Part shown: positions 34,737 to 45,479 of the stretch, piece after piece
Numbering within the stretch: the stretch's first letter is position 1
How the letters are laid out: each line of letters starts with the position of its first letter
Source: a virus
Length of the DNA: 64,000 nt
Reading direction: 5' to 3' (one strand)
IMG/VR virus record: IMGVR_UViG_3300048851_000098
Span: 32,001-96,000 of that record
The notes under the pieces: model-generated
Told to the model about the DNA's origin: nothing
Seen by the model: only the letters and a program-made list of their open reading frames with translations
The model's database searches: none
Position numbers and translations under genes: made by a program

Positions 34737-35626
34737 CTGATTTCGTTCCCGGTGTCGTGATGCCTGTTGGTCCTGGACGGCACGAGTTCGCGAATAAATC
34801 TCTCAAGAGTATTTATGCAGGTGATATAACGCCAGCCGCTTGTGTTGTGGTGGCTGATGGATGGACACCGGATTCTAGCCTTGAACAGATTTTTCCTACC
34901 GATGTCAGAGGATTTCGCGTCGCAAATGCGGAGTACATTTTTCATGAAACTCGTAAACATGAGCCGGGAAGAGAGCAGCCGCGCAACATAGGGGTGCGAG
35001 TGCTTCGTGATCATTTCGCTGAATGCACACATGTTTGGTTTGCAGACAGCGATTTGATCTTCGAGAGATCAGCGCTTGCTGAGTTCAAAAAGGCGTACGA
35101 GAAGATTCGCGACAACAGAGCAATCCTGATTGGCCCTTATGAGTGGATGCCATCTGGAAACGATCAGCCAATGCCAAAGTTGAGAAACGACCCTCGATGG
35201 CCTTTCTTCAACGAGACTGAAGCAGGAGATATTCAAACAGGACTGAATGCAGGGCTCGCCTGCTTCTCAGGTAATCTTGTGTGGAATATCGATGAGTTCA
35301 TTCGCATTGGAGGTTTCTGGAATGAGATTCATCACGGTCGTTGCGAGGACGGGGAGCTTGGTATTCGCGCGTATGCGCAAGGAATGGCCTTTGCCCCTGT
35401 TGCCAACGCTCGTGGTTGGCACATGGATCACCCTCGGAATCATCAACGCATTCTTGAGATGAACGCCCGCGACGTGCCGATGCTCAATGAGCGCCATCCG
35501 TGGGTCGAGCAGCACGGGGTCTTCGTCGCAGAACGAGACGGTAAGCGTTTCGACCAGACCTGCGCTATCTGTGGACAGGTCGTCAACACCATCGACTGGT
35601 GGCAGCACCAGGAAACGCACTCATGA
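34733..35626 (+). CDS. glycosyltransferase family 2 (GT-A)
   Basis: VVADG, RNIG, FADSD, GGF...CEDGELG, HMDH. Confidence 0.85.
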   Translation: MTDFVPGVVMPVGPGRHEFANKSLKSIYAGDITPAACVVVADGWTPDSSLEQIFPTDVRGFRVANAEYIFHETRKHEPGREQPRNIGVRVLRDHFAECTHVWFADSDLIFERSALAEFKKAYEKIRDNRAILIGPYEWMPSGNDQPMPKLRNDPRWPFFNETEAGDIQTGLNAGLACFSGNLVWNIDEFIRIGGFWNEIHHGRCEDGELGIRAYAQGMAFAPVANARGWHMDHPRNHQRILEMNARDVPMLNERHPWVEQHGVFVAERDGKRFDQTCAICGQVVNTIDWWQHQETHS

Positions 35627-35811
35627 GTCACTACGGTGATTTGTATCGACACGATGAAGAATCGCGTCTTGTCAAACGGTTCCTGCCGAGATGGGCAGAT
35701 GAGATGAGACTTGATTGGCGTGTACAAGTGGAGATTGCCAAGGGTCAAAAAGCACAGAAGCAATTGTGTGATTTGCAAACTGCAATCAGAGTATTTATCG
35801 ATGCAGTCTGA
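35623..35811 (+). CDS. small hypothetical protein
   Basis: ATGA-coupled within the GT cluster. Confidence 0.45.
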   Translation: MSHYGDLYRHDEESRLVKRFLPRWADEMRLDWRVQVEIAKGQKAQKQLCDLQTAIRVFIDAV

Positions 35812-36592
35812 CACATTGGCAGTAATGCCTACATTTGTGCGCTCTCGTGATGATCTTGACATCACGATGAATGCAATCGAGAGCCTGCATGCGACTAGCG
35901 ATGCTGAAATTCTCGTAGTCGATGACTGTTCACCGAACGAGAAGCTTCGAGAAGAGCTGGCAGATTTTGTAGCCGGTCAATCGCTTAGTATTAACCTGAA
36001 GGCGAGAAATGAAGGCTTTTCAAAGACAGTCAACTACGGTCTGAGACAAGCTCTTGAACGCGGACAACATGGCCTCTTGGTGAACGCAGATATCCAGTTC
36101 TTCAATAACAGATGGCTGGATATTATGCGCAGTAACGATGCTGATGTGGTAGGTGCTCTGCTTCTATATCCCAACGGTCTTGTTCAACATGCCGGTATTT
36201 TCTTCAGTGTGATCACTCGCATTTTTGATCACATCCACCGCATGGCACCAAGCACTCTTGACCTTGTAGATCGCCCACGCATTTGTCCTGTGACCGGTGC
36301 TCTGCAACTGATCAAACACAGAACACTTGAGACTATTGGTCTGTATGACGAGAATTTCAAGATGGGCTGGGAAGATGTTGACTACTGCCATATGGTTTTC
36401 AAGGCAGGCATGAAGTGCGCCTACGAGCCAAGAGCTATTGCGATTCACTATGAAAGCTTGTTTCGTAATAGAGATCCGCCGAGACACATTCAAGAGTGGA
36501 CCACACAAAGTCTTGAATACCTCTATGAGAAGCACAAAGGTCACGGCTTCTCTGAATATGTTCCGTCAATGATTTGGCCTGATGAGATCTAA
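35801..36592 (+). CDS. glycosyltransferase family 2
   Basis: VVDDCS, NEGFSKTVN, LVNAD, VTGA, WEDVDYC. Confidence 0.92.
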   Translation: MQSDTLAVMPTFVRSRDDLDITMNAIESLHATSDAEILVVDDCSPNEKLREELADFVAGQSLSINLKARNEGFSKTVNYGLRQALERGQHGLLVNADIQFFNNRWLDIMRSNDADVVGALLLYPNGLVQHAGIFFSVITRIFDHIHRMAPSTLDLVDRPRICPVTGALQLIKHRTLETIGLYDENFKMGWEDVDYCHMVFKAGMKCAYEPRAIAIHYESLFRNRDPPRHIQEWTTQSLEYLYEKHKGHGFSEYVPSMIWPDEI

Positions 36593-37638
36593 TGCTTTCA
36601 TCTGAAGACGTTCTTTTTGTTGGCAAGGGAACTGGCGTAGTGCCGTGGTATCGAACCGGCCTCCCTGCTTTCAATCTCGGGTGTGACTGGATCGGCGCAG
36701 TAGGAAGACCCAATGATCTGCGCATGGATACCAGTCTCAAGCGAGGCGGCCATGTGATGCCGAACCTGTACAGCTACAAGGTGATCGTTCTCCAACAGGT
36801 ACATGGTCCCGACTGGATGCGTGAGATCTGCCGTCTGAGAGATCAGGGGATCAAAGTCATTTATGAGGTAGATGACTACTTGCATGGTGTGCGTCGTGTG
36901 AAAGGGCACAGCGCACGCAGAATGTACACCCGCAAGGTAATGCCTCTCTTCGAGATGTGCATGCGAGTATGTGATGCAATGATTGTCTCTACTGAATGGC
37001 TTGCTAATGCTTACAAGAGATTCAATCGTAACATCTATGTGTGTAGAAATGGCGTAGATAGCAGACGTTATGCAAAGTTCAGATTGCCTAGACGGAGAAC
37101 TCTCAACTTCGGTTGGGCAGGTGGAGAGGGGCATCTCGAATCTGTTTCTGCATGGTTGCCGGCAATCGATGCATTGCTCAGAGAGAATGAGAACTATCGG
37201 TTCATCTCTATTGGTCTTTCTGCGGCAAGAGCGCTTAACAATCCCAAGCAGGCTGTATCGCTGCCCTTCATTTCCATTGAGAATTTCCCTGGTGCGCTGA
37301 CCAACATCGATGTAGCGATTGCCCCGGCGGCCCGCAACAGTTTCTTCGCGGCCAAGTCAGATCTGCGGTTCCTTGAGACTGGCGCTCTCGCTATCCCCCT
37401 CGTCGCAGATCCCTTCGTCTATAGAGACTGCATCCCTGGTGAGACTGCTCTCTACGCCGAGAACGCGGATGAGGCATACGAGGCCCTGCGCAAGCTTGCC
37501 GGCGATGCTGAGCTTCGTAAAGAGATCGGATACAACGCACGCGATTACGTCAATCAGAATCGATCTATCGAAAGAGCAGTCGAGCAATGGGAAGAAGTAT
37601 TCGTGAAAGTGACAGTGCCGAGAAAGATCGCGGCATGA
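36592..37638 (+). CDS. GT-B (GT4-like) glycosyltransferase
   Basis: IYEVDD, IVSTEWLA, NGVD, FGWAGG, DVAIAP...KSDLRFLE. Confidence 0.88.
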   Translation: MLSSEDVLFVGKGTGVVPWYRTGLPAFNLGCDWIGAVGRPNDLRMDTSLKRGGHVMPNLYSYKVIVLQQVHGPDWMREICRLRDQGIKVIYEVDDYLHGVRRVKGHSARRMYTRKVMPLFEMCMRVCDAMIVSTEWLANAYKRFNRNIYVCRNGVDSRRYAKFRLPRRRTLNFGWAGGEGHLESVSAWLPAIDALLRENENYRFISIGLSAARALNNPKQAVSLPFISIENFPGALTNIDVAIAPAARNSFFAAKSDLRFLETGALAIPLVADPFVYRDCIPGETALYAENADEAYEALRKLAGDAELRKEIGYNARDYVNQNRSIERAVEQWEEVFVKVTVPRKIAA

Positions 37639-38300
37639 AGGAAGAAGAGTTCTGGAAGTATGAGAACTGGCCTTCTGGTGAGCCGTATCAGTGGGAGCCA
37701 GCCGGACGCGGATCAACAAAGTACGACCTGATGGATTATCACGTTGATCTTGGATGTGGAACGATAAAGAAGGGTCGTATTGGAATCGATCGTTTCGTCG
37801 CACCCGGTGTCAATATCGCGATGGATTTGAACATCAGTTATAACGGCGAGCTTCGACCAGTCTTGATGCCAGAGCGACCGGGTGATGATGCAACAGTCAC
37901 CACGTTCCAATCTGGTCTTCCGTTCCCTGACTCTTCCATTGAATCAATCATCTCCCATCATTTCTTCGAGCACGTTGGTGACGGATTCGTAGACCTTATT
38001 GATGAGTGTTATCGGGTTCTGAAGCCTGGCGGAATCCTGCGCGCAATCACACCACTCTTCCCCTCACGCACTGCCGTAGAAGATCCTGATCACAAGCGCT
38101 ACTTCATGGAAGGCTCGTGGGAATCTTTCTGCGGTACGCCTGGTCCTGGTGGCTCATGGTATGAGTCATTTAGTGTTCCTTATATGAATGCGCGGTTCAC
38201 AATGCTCCATAAGGAGACAACTCCACCACTTCCCATTGAAAAGCAATGGGGGCCTGAAGATGCTCGTGAGATTCGAGTAGCTTTGCAGGCAAACAAATGA
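37635..38300 (+). CDS. class I SAM-dependent methyltransferase
   Basis: VDLGCG, LPFPDSS, HFFEH, RVLKPGG. Confidence 0.9.
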   Translation: MKEEEFWKYENWPSGEPYQWEPAGRGSTKYDLMDYHVDLGCGTIKKGRIGIDRFVAPGVNIAMDLNISYNGELRPVLMPERPGDDATVTTFQSGLPFPDSSIESIISHHFFEHVGDGFVDLIDECYRVLKPGGILRAITPLFPSRTAVEDPDHKRYFMEGSWESFCGTPGPGGSWYESFSVPYMNARFTMLHKETTPPLPIEKQWGPEDAREIRVALQANK

Positions 38301-38872
38301 GCGTACCTGTGTCAATTTTGTGCGATTCAACAATCGTGCGGCTTGCACTCGACGGACAGATCAAAATAGAACCATTCGATAGCAGTCTTGTACAACCAGC
38401 AAGTATTGACGTAAGACTTGGAAGTCACTTTCGAATCTTTGATACTCATACGATTGAAGTTATTGATCTGAAAAGCAAGCAGCGCAAGATTACTAGAGAA
38501 GTAACAATCAGAGACGATGAAGCATTTATTATTCATCCTGGTGAATTCTGTCTTGGGACTACAGTCGAGCGAGTAGAGCTTCCGCGAAATATTGTTGCAC
38601 GTGTAGAAGGCAAGTCATCTCTTGGTCGTCTCGGATTGATTGTCCATGCGACAGCAGGATTTATTGATCCCGGCTTCAGAGGCCCGATTACTCTTGAGTT
38701 GAGCAACCTGATGCGCGTTCCGATCATGCTGTACCCCGGTATGCTGGTTGCTCAGCTTTCTTTTATGACACTTGATCAGCCAGCGATGTTCCCGTACGGC
38801 AGTCCCGAGTTGAATAGTCACTATCAGGATCAGGAGGGGGCAACAGAGAGCCGATACGAGGTGACTGGCTGA
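38297..38872 (+). CDS. dcd: dCTP deaminase
   Basis: QPASIDVRLG, EGKSSLGRLG, TAGFIDPGFRG, AQL, HYQDQ. Confidence 0.96.
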   Translation: MSVPVSILCDSTIVRLALDGQIKIEPFDSSLVQPASIDVRLGSHFRIFDTHTIEVIDLKSKQRKITREVTIRDDEAFIIHPGEFCLGTTVERVELPRNIVARVEGKSSLGRLGLIVHATAGFIDPGFRGPITLELSNLMRVPIMLYPGMLVAQLSFMTLDQPAMFPYGSPELNSHYQDQEGATESRYEVTG

Positions 38873-38890
38873 CTTTCATTAGGAGGGGTA

Positions 38891-39319
38891 ATGGATGATC
38901 AGGCAGATATTCGTGATTTGTACGACCGCTTGCGGCAATGGGAAGAAAGATTTCATGCTGAGCGAGATCGTCGTTATGCAGAAGTTGCACTTGAACGTGA
39001 AAAAGCTCTGAAAATCAAAGAGACAGGCGACAATGCCGCGCTGAAACTTGCACGCGAAATTCAAACATACAAAGACGAAAAGGCAAATGAGTTGCGTTCT
39101 CAAATCGAACGTGAACGTGTAACATACGCCACAAAGGAAGACTTGAAAGCACTTACTGACAAATTCGAGATTGCTTTGAAACCATTGAATGAATATGTAT
39201 CTTCACAACAAGGTCGACAAGAAGGAATCAGACTTAGTACGGGAGCTATTGTCACTACGGTTAGTCTTATCATCACGATTCTCGGGGCGATTATTGTAGC
39301 CGCGAATGTTCTTACATAA
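38891..39319 (+). CDS. coiled-coil protein with a C-terminal TM helix
   Basis: RBS AGGAGG; hydrophobic C-terminus. Confidence 0.7.
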   Translation: MDDQADIRDLYDRLRQWEERFHAERDRRYAEVALEREKALKIKETGDNAALKLAREIQTYKDEKANELRSQIERERVTYATKEDLKALTDKFEIALKPLNEYVSSQQGRQEGIRLSTGAIVTTVSLIITILGAIIVAANVLT

Positions 39320-39753
39320 TGACTCGTGCTAATCCTTTCAAGCGTCCCGGTGAATCTGCACAAAAAACCGGATATCGTTTCGAAAGATACTTTGCCAAGA
39401 TTTTCGGGGTAAGTCCTACCAGGGGTAGCGGCTCGCAATGGACTGCCAAAATGGACGTTGGCGACGGCACAATCCTCTGGTCGCTCAAGCACACGGATGC
39501 TGAATCGTTTCGCGTCACTCAAGGATTGATGCGCGAGGTCATCGACGCGATCAACGGTCCCGGTGGCGTGGGTGGTGATGTGATTCCGGGCCTCGCCATC
39601 TCTGTGCAGGGTGAGATCTACACGGTCCTCCGCGCAGATGATCTGATTGCGATGCTGACCAGTGATGAGGTTGGCTACATCAGACCGAGCAAGGGTGAAG
39701 CCAAGCGTCGCCGCGCGCGCGTACCAAACATGTTCAAGGACGAGATAGAATGA
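39319..39753 (+). CDS. PD-(D/E)xK (Hjc-like) endonuclease
   Basis: G..FER, GSGS, DVGD...WSLKHT. Confidence 0.65.
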   Translation: MTRANPFKRPGESAQKTGYRFERYFAKIFGVSPTRGSGSQWTAKMDVGDGTILWSLKHTDAESFRVTQGLMREVIDAINGPGGVGGDVIPGLAISVQGEIYTVLRADDLIAMLTSDEVGYIRPSKGEAKRRRARVPNMFKDEIE

Positions 39754-40028
39754 GCAGAAATATAAATCTTGCGGGAGAATTTCTGCGAGGCGTGGCAGTT
39801 AGTAGGTGCTGGCACACCTGTCATCGCTGCGGCAAGCCTATTATCGGAATGGAAGAACAATACGACATCGTTGCATTCTGTCGCTTCTGTTCTAAAAAGC
39901 TCGTGAAGGAAGATAAAATTGGCTAATCGAGTAAGAGGCAAGCGAAAAGCAGCAGCCGCTCGTAGAGGTCACAAAAATACGAGCAGACGTAATTCTAATG
40001 CGGGTACACGTAAAGCTGCACGAAAGCG

Positions 40029-40361
40029 ATGGGGGAAGAAGTGATTCCTGAAGACCGACTTCAAGAAATTATTCTCCACAAGGATGCTGAGAGAGCACTC
40101 GACTGGTGTACAAGACATCAGTATTCAGAAGGCTGGGCGATCATTGATGGTGCAATGGTCATCTATGACATCGACAACCCACCTGTCTGGCTCAGACCGA
40201 TTCTTGCGATGCGCGATGAAGACGGAAACTCGCCGAGAAAACTCATCGATGTAATCCCTGTGCGTAGACCTACCGCGAGAGAAAGAAAGCGCGGTGTCGC
40301 TTCTGTGACGTGGTTCGACTTCCCTGATAACAACGGGATCTACGAGAGTGAGGCAGCGTAA
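40029..40361 (+). CDS. hypothetical protein
   Basis: TAATG-coupled to the next ORF. Confidence 0.55.
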   Translation: MGEEVIPEDRLQEIILHKDAERALDWCTRHQYSEGWAIIDGAMVIYDIDNPPVWLRPILAMRDEDGNSPRKLIDVIPVRRPTARERKRGVASVTWFDFPDNNGIYESEAA

Positions 40362-40612
40362 TGCCCTGGCCTGCTCTTGGCCCTGTCCGCAGAGACGATT
40401 CGAACGAGCGTGATCTGACTGGCGGCCACCCTACGGTTCCAGGAGATCTCGATAGAACTGTCTACCGTCACGGCTTGCCCTCACCTGGCAACGGAATGCC
40501 GGGTATCCCTCGCGTAAGACACGGCCGCCGGCACGGCCCTGGTATCCCCGGCATGACGCCTACGGGACCGACGCAGCCTGGTGTCACCTACGACGGCGAG
40601 AGAGAACTGTGA
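40361..40612 (+). CDS. Pro/Gly-rich hypothetical protein
   Basis: Coupled on both sides. Confidence 0.5.
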   Translation: MPWPALGPVRRDDSNERDLTGGHPTVPGDLDRTVYRHGLPSPGNGMPGIPRVRHGRRHGPGIPGMTPTGPTQPGVTYDGEREL

Positions 40613-40941
40613 CACATATCGGATATGAGATTCCTGAAGACGCAGTTGATATCGGACATGACCATTTCATATCTTTTTACGGATGGTCGCCTGATCGTCA
40701 ACTGAATCCACAATTTGATGGAATCGCAGACGAGGATAGATCTGGTGTGATGATGTACCATCGAACATCAGATGGCTGGTGTGGTGGTGGAGTTACGTTT
40801 GATACTCCCGCGATGAGAGCTGCACACAGCGGCCCGATGTGGACCGTAGAATCGTTTGAACCACTGACGATTTCGCCTTCTGTGCTTTGCAGTTGCGGTG
40901 ATCACGGGTTCATCAGGCAGGGTCGCTGGGAACCAGCCTGA
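40609..40941 (+). CDS. conserved Cys/His protein (DUF6527-like)
   Basis: LTISPSVL...CGDHGFIRQGRW. Confidence 0.65.
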   Translation: MTHIGYEIPEDAVDIGHDHFISFYGWSPDRQLNPQFDGIADEDRSGVMMYHRTSDGWCGGGVTFDTPAMRAAHSGPMWTVESFEPLTISPSVLCSCGDHGFIRQGRWEPA

Positions 40942-40986
40942 TTAGGGTACAATTTCTACTAAGCCTTCGAAGGGGGTGAATCACAT

Positions 40987-41256
40987 ATGGCTAAGCGTGG
41001 TAGCAATAAGGTTGTAACTGTAACTTCCAGAGGAAGTTTCGCACCTGCGTTGACTCGTTCACGTATTCCGGTTGCGAACCTCGGAAGATTCGATCCTGCG
41101 ACTGGACGTGTTTATCAGCGTCCGCGTCAGAAGATCGATTATGTCAGTGGCAGCTCTGTTCGTGTGACGAACCCCGCATATGCTGGTGGACGGCAGGAAC
41201 AGCGCACTGCTTCTATCGGCATGAACGCAGCCGGGCAGAAGATGCGTAACTCGTAA
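40987..41256 (+). CDS. small basic protein
   Basis: RBS GGGGGTG; upstream TACAAT; terminator downstream. Confidence 0.65.
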   Translation: MAKRGSNKVVTVTSRGSFAPALTRSRIPVANLGRFDPATGRVYQRPRQKIDYVSGSSVRVTNPAYAGGRQEQRTASIGMNAAGQKMRNS

Positions 41257-41283
41257 CACTTACGAGAAAATTTATGTAAAATA

Positions 41284-41312
41284 AAAACGCCCCGGTTATT
41301 CCGGGGCGTTTT
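41284..41312. terminator. bidirectional terminator at the strand switch
   Basis: AAAACGCCCCGG-TTATT-CCGGGGCGTTTT. Confidence 0.9.
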
Positions 41313-41595
41313 GCGTATCTCGAACGAGATCCAGATGTGATTCTCGTGCCCTTAGCTCAGATGAGTAGCGCATCATGACTTCGCCATTGATCATTGTCTC
41401 CCATAGAAGAGGTTCATCACCGCCAAAGGAGTGATCAATGCCAAGAAACACTGTTGAAATCTCCCATAAATGATCCTTATAGTAACCGATGCGAAATGGA
41501 TCAGGAAATCCTTGCTTGATCATCTCTTCACGAGCAGCAGAGATCTCAAGCATCTCTGACTCTGTGATTTGTCTTCCTGATCGGTTGTAGAACAC
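41296..41595 (-). CDS. conserved phage hypothetical protein
   Basis: ISTVFLGIDH...PLLWETMI. Confidence 0.7.
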   Translation of the reverse strand: MFYNRSGRQITESEMLEISAAREEMIKQGFPDPFRIGYYKDHLWEISTVFLGIDHSFGGDEPLLWETMINGEVMMRYSSELRARESHLDLVRDTQNAPE

Positions 41596-41861
41596 TAATT
41601 CATTTCAGCGTCAAGTCGAATTGCGCGATGCCAAGCTCCCCAGCCAAGTTGAAGAGCTTCAAGCGCATATTCTTTCTGTGGCTCTGTAGTTGCGACAATA
41701 ATCCTTCCATCTGGTGGCAATGTCACAACCAGAGTGATGTTTGGCTTGTCTTCGTCCGTTGAGAATTCTTCTCGAAACGCTTTCTTGATGGCTTCAATTG
41801 CACGTTCTGCGATGACCTCTGATGGATCATCGCGGTTCGGTTCTCTGCGGACCCTAGCCAT
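41595..41861 (-). CDS. hypothetical protein
   Basis: Coupled ORF. Confidence 0.6.
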   Translation of the reverse strand: MARVRREPNRDDPSEVIAERAIEAIKKAFREEFSTDEDKPNITLVVTLPPDGRIIVATTEPQKEYALEALQLGWGAWHRAIRLDAEMN

Positions 41862-42237
41862 GGATCACGATGCGCGCGCTCGCACTCTGTGCTGAGCAGT
41901 TACCCTTGCGGCAGACGGTGATCGTGAACACACCGGGGAGCATGCCGGCGACGGTGCGCATGCGAGCGTCTACGCGGCCCCACGAGTCCGTCACGGCCCA
42001 TCCGAATCTCACACGTCTGCCGCTGTTGCTAGCGAAGACCGTCAGGCGAGCGCGGCCGTCGAAGCCTCGTGCTCGCACGTTGAAGCTGTCGCCCGCCTGG
42101 ATCTCTCTCGGCGCCACTGTGACGCGAGGCCCCTCCGCAGCGTCAGCATCTCCACCGAACGCCATAGCGATAGCGAATCCCATCGCAACCGCAAACACAC
42201 AGAATCCGAATGCATACTTTTTCACGAGCTTATTCAT
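41854..42237 (-). CDS. secreted Ig-like protein
   Basis: Signal peptide ending ADA; beta-strand pattern; preceded by AAAGGATCAG. Confidence 0.65.
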   Translation of the reverse strand: MNKLVKKYAFGFCVFAVAMGFAIAMAFGGDADAAEGPRVTVAPREIQAGDSFNVRARGFDGRARLTVFASNSGRRVRFGWAVTDSWGRVDARMRTVAGMLPGVFTITVCRKGNCSAQSASARIVIHG

Positions 42238-42463
42238 GACTGATCCTTTTCGTGTAAAAATCATCGCAATACTGCTCGACTTTGATCTTCGAGACTGAGC
42301 AGCGGCCACAGTACCGCAGCAGCTTCGTTGTAGTGACTGATGTTGAGCTGTTCGTTTCTCAGCTCGGCGATCTTTCTTGCGATAGCTCTCTTTGTTTCTC
42401 CATAGTCAAGAGTCACACCATCAGGAAAGAATCTGTAGTTGCCGCGCTCCGGAATATCAGCCA

Positions 42464-42832
42464 TCATCGTCTCCACACAAGTTCACGCAAGCGGCTTTGT
42501 TTATTCTCGCTACGTGTTTCTTTGGCTTCGCGCTTCTGTCGCTTGAGCCGAGCTTTCTTATCAGGGCTAACAAACAGAACGTCGTAAATAATAAAATTGA
42601 AGTATCTTCTACCGAGAAGATAGATGGCAACGAAAGGCCACAAAAATCCCAGCTCTATCCCGCCAAACAACAGGAAAAACAGGATCTCACCCACATCTGG
42701 ATCGCTGTGGTGATTATCACGGTATGCGATAATAGTCGCGATACGACATGATGTATAAAACCAGATAACACCATAGGCAATCAGAAATATCAAAGGCAGT
42801 GAGATGATTTCGTGAAGAATATCCAGAATCAT
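42464..42832 (-). CDS. membrane protein
   Basis: Two TM helices and a basic tail. Confidence 0.6.
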   Translation of the reverse strand: MILDILHEIISLPLIFLIAYGVIWFYTSCRIATIIAYRDNHHSDPDVGEILFFLLFGGIELGFLWPFVAIYLLGRRYFNFIIYDVLFVSPDKKARLKRQKREAKETRSENKQSRLRELVWRR

Positions 42833-43392
42833 GGCTGATCACACGGATGATGACCGTGCTCCAAGAAATACTTATTGCTCTTCTTGAACTTCAATCTGCC
42901 GTCAACTCTGCGTGGCACCCAAAACCCCCACTTGCGACGATCAGGAAAGAAATACAGAAGTGTCCAACAGCCGCCGGGATCAACAGCAACAGTGTGTCTG
43001 TGCTCAGCTTTGCGGAATGCGAACTTTCCCGGTGTCATGTGCTGAAATCTCATCATATACCCGTGCGCACACTTGAGTCGAGCGCACACGCCTGACGCGC
43101 ACCACGGGCATCTTCTGTCGGTCAGCTCCCAATCGACGTAACCGCCCTTGAGCACGAGCGTGCAGAAATCTGCGGGGTGATCGTGCTGGTAGCGCTTATC
43201 GTCGCTCCGGTACCAGTGGTGGAGCCGCAATGAGCCGAGCCGGCCCATGTTGATGACCCACCGTCGCAGGTACGGGCATTCAGGTTCGCCGAGGTACTGC
43301 CCCCATGTCACGCCAAGCTTCAAGAAATTCCTTCCTTGAGCAGAGCTGTTTCCACAATGGATTTCACCTGAGAGTTCTTCAGATGATTCCAC
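42829..43392 (-). CDS. cupin-like phage protein
   Basis: YLRRW, LRLHH, HDHP, VLKGGY, HRHTV, WTL. Confidence 0.7.
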   Translation of the reverse strand: MESSEELSGEIHCGNSSAQGRNFLKLGVTWGQYLGEPECPYLRRWVINMGRLGSLRLHHWYRSDDKRYQHDHPADFCTLVLKGGYVDWELTDRRCPWCASGVCARLKCAHGYMMRFQHMTPGKFAFRKAEHRHTVAVDPGGCWTLLYFFPDRRKWGFWVPRRVDGRLKFKKSNKYFLEHGHHPCDQP

Positions 43393-43682
43393 TTCGCCTC
43401 GCGAACAGCAGTGCGGATAGCAGCTTCGAGTTCTTCTGCTGTTCTCGCCGCATCGTTCATGGTCTGTTCCGATTCTCAGGCAAGTTCTCAGGCAACAGAT
43501 CGCTGGCAGGCCGCAGGCCGGCGTCTACCTGTCTCTGCACGCGGATCTGCCGACATGGAACACACTCAAACGCATTCACTATTCCGCCATCAACGATGAA
43601 TGTGATGTAACGATCCGTGGGTTCACCACAGTTGTAACATCTCATTGCCTCGATGGCTTTGCGGATTTGTTCTCTCAGGTCG

Positions 43683-44252
43683 TCATCCATCAGATTCCAG
43701 CTCTGCCCACGACTTCTGAAGATACTTATACCAACGGCTATTAACTCTGCCTTCTGATTTCACATCCCATTCAGACAGCGTGGCCTTGTCGCCGTCTCGA
43801 ATGATCACGGCTGAGGCCAGGGATTCGTCTTCCACGCATGCGAACCAAACCAGTACGTTTTCCTCGACACCATCCATGTAGGAAATGTCGCCGTAGTATT
43901 CAACAGGATTGCCAGCAGCCTTGCGTCTTTGTATGTAATCGAAGGCGGGTGTGTCTCCTTTGATATTCCATGTCTCAGTCAGAATAGCGAAGTATCTGCC
44001 GCCTGCTGTTGCCATAGGCGCGAGCACTTCTGAGCCAAGTCGCTCTTTCATCGTAGGATTTGCAAACAATTCCGTCGGCATATTTACGATAATTGCAACG
44101 GGATCGATCGTTCGATGCGTGATCAGAATCGGAAGCATTTGTCCGGCACGTCTGAATACTTCATCTGCGGCATGCATTACAAATTCAGTGAACTCCTCAA
44201 AGGAGCCTCTGAATGGCAGTGAAAGCGAATGAATATCTTCTTCAGTGATCAT
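43683..44252 (-). CDS. hypothetical protein
   Basis: Long ORF in the co-oriented arm. Confidence 0.6.
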   Translation of the reverse strand: MITEEDIHSLSLPFRGSFEEFTEFVMHAADEVFRRAGQMLPILITHRTIDPVAIIVNMPTELFANPTMKERLGSEVLAPMATAGGRYFAILTETWNIKGDTPAFDYIQRRKAAGNPVEYYGDISYMDGVEENVLVWFACVEDESLASAVIIRDGDKATLSEWDVKSEGRVNSRWYKYLQKSWAELESDG

Positions 44253-44419
44253 TGATTTCCCGCGCTTTCCTAATTCGCTTTGCTTCCCATTCATATGTCG
44301 TGCGAATACGAATAGGCGCTGTCAGATCCCACCAGCGGAGTTGCCAGCGATGATAGTGCCACCATGGCTTAGCTTCCATTTTGTCAAGGATCTGCGCTGC
44401 TTCCATAGGATTTGTTCGT

Positions 44420-44770
44420 CTAATGTTCATCGCTGGATTCAAGTTCCTTGATGCGTCTGTCTCGAATTGCGATTCTGATCTCTCTTTTTGTTGCTGGCGT
44501 AAAGTGCATGAATGTTCTGATGAACGTCCATCTCATCGTCTGCGGTCGCTTGCTCTCGATTGTATTGCCGGCGACGACCAGCCACGCCAGCGGCCACATG
44601 AGTGCACAAATACCACCGATGAGCAGTGCGCTACCGGCCCCCGGCTGGCTTCTGTAGTCGCTCCACCCCTCTGACCATCTCCGCAGACGTGGTGCGTACA
44701 GCATGCCCGCGAAGATCCGCATGCTGATAATCGCAATGACCAAGTACACACTGGTCACATAGATGTTCAT
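44420..44770 (-). CDS. membrane protein
   Basis: Two TM segments. Confidence 0.55.
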   Translation of the reverse strand: MNIYVTSVYLVIAIISMRIFAGMLYAPRLRRWSEGWSDYRSQPGAGSALLIGGICALMWPLAWLVVAGNTIESKRPQTMRWTFIRTFMHFTPATKREIRIAIRDRRIKELESSDEH

Positions 44771-45102
44771 ACTTGACTTCCGCCTCCCAGCAAGTCCAGT
44801 CCGATACAAATCGCCAGAGCGATTGCCCAATCATTCCAATCGTTGAAACTGACGTGCGGTGTATCTGAAATCAACCACACTACAAACCAAATGAACGTCA
44901 TCGAATCACCAGTTTCAACAATCCACCGCAACGTCGTCCATGTTCTTTGACGTGAACGCCTTGACGTTGAATTTCACCAATTGCACTGCAACAGGCTTTG
45001 ATAGGCAAAACAGTGCCACCACGCGGACAAAGAAAGTTCCTCATCCACGAGTAGTTTCCGTTGTATCTACCGCCACAGCGCTGGCACTGGAATATGTATG
45101 AC

Positions 45103-45315
45103 TTAGCCATCGTCGCTCGCAAGTCGCGACAGAAACGTTCCGATAGCGTCGTTGATGTCATCCCGGAATCTGACTATACGTCGAGAATCAGCCAGTACAT
45201 CAGGAGTAACATCAATATTCAGCTTGTCAGCTTCGGACACCAGTTGGCGAAGCTCTTCGACCTGCTCATGAGAGAGCGAGAGCGCCAATTCCTTGATTTG
45301 CTCATCACTCATCAT
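45103..45315 (-). CDS. small coiled-coil protein
   Basis: Co-oriented; coupled downstream. Confidence 0.5.
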   Translation of the reverse strand: MMSDEQIKELALSLSHEQVEELRQLVSEADKLNIDVTPDVLADSRRIVRFRDDINDAIGTFLSRLASDDG

Positions 45316-45479
45316 CAGGGTCAAAAATTTACAGAATATTCCTTGAAATCATCCTATAAAGATAGGCAAAACATCCAGCAAGAAGACGCTGCCGGGGTGG
45401 TCGCGATCTGCGCGGCCCCAGGGGGTTTAGGGCACTCGTTAGGGCAGACCGATCAACCAGGGGGCACCCCCGACAGCAG

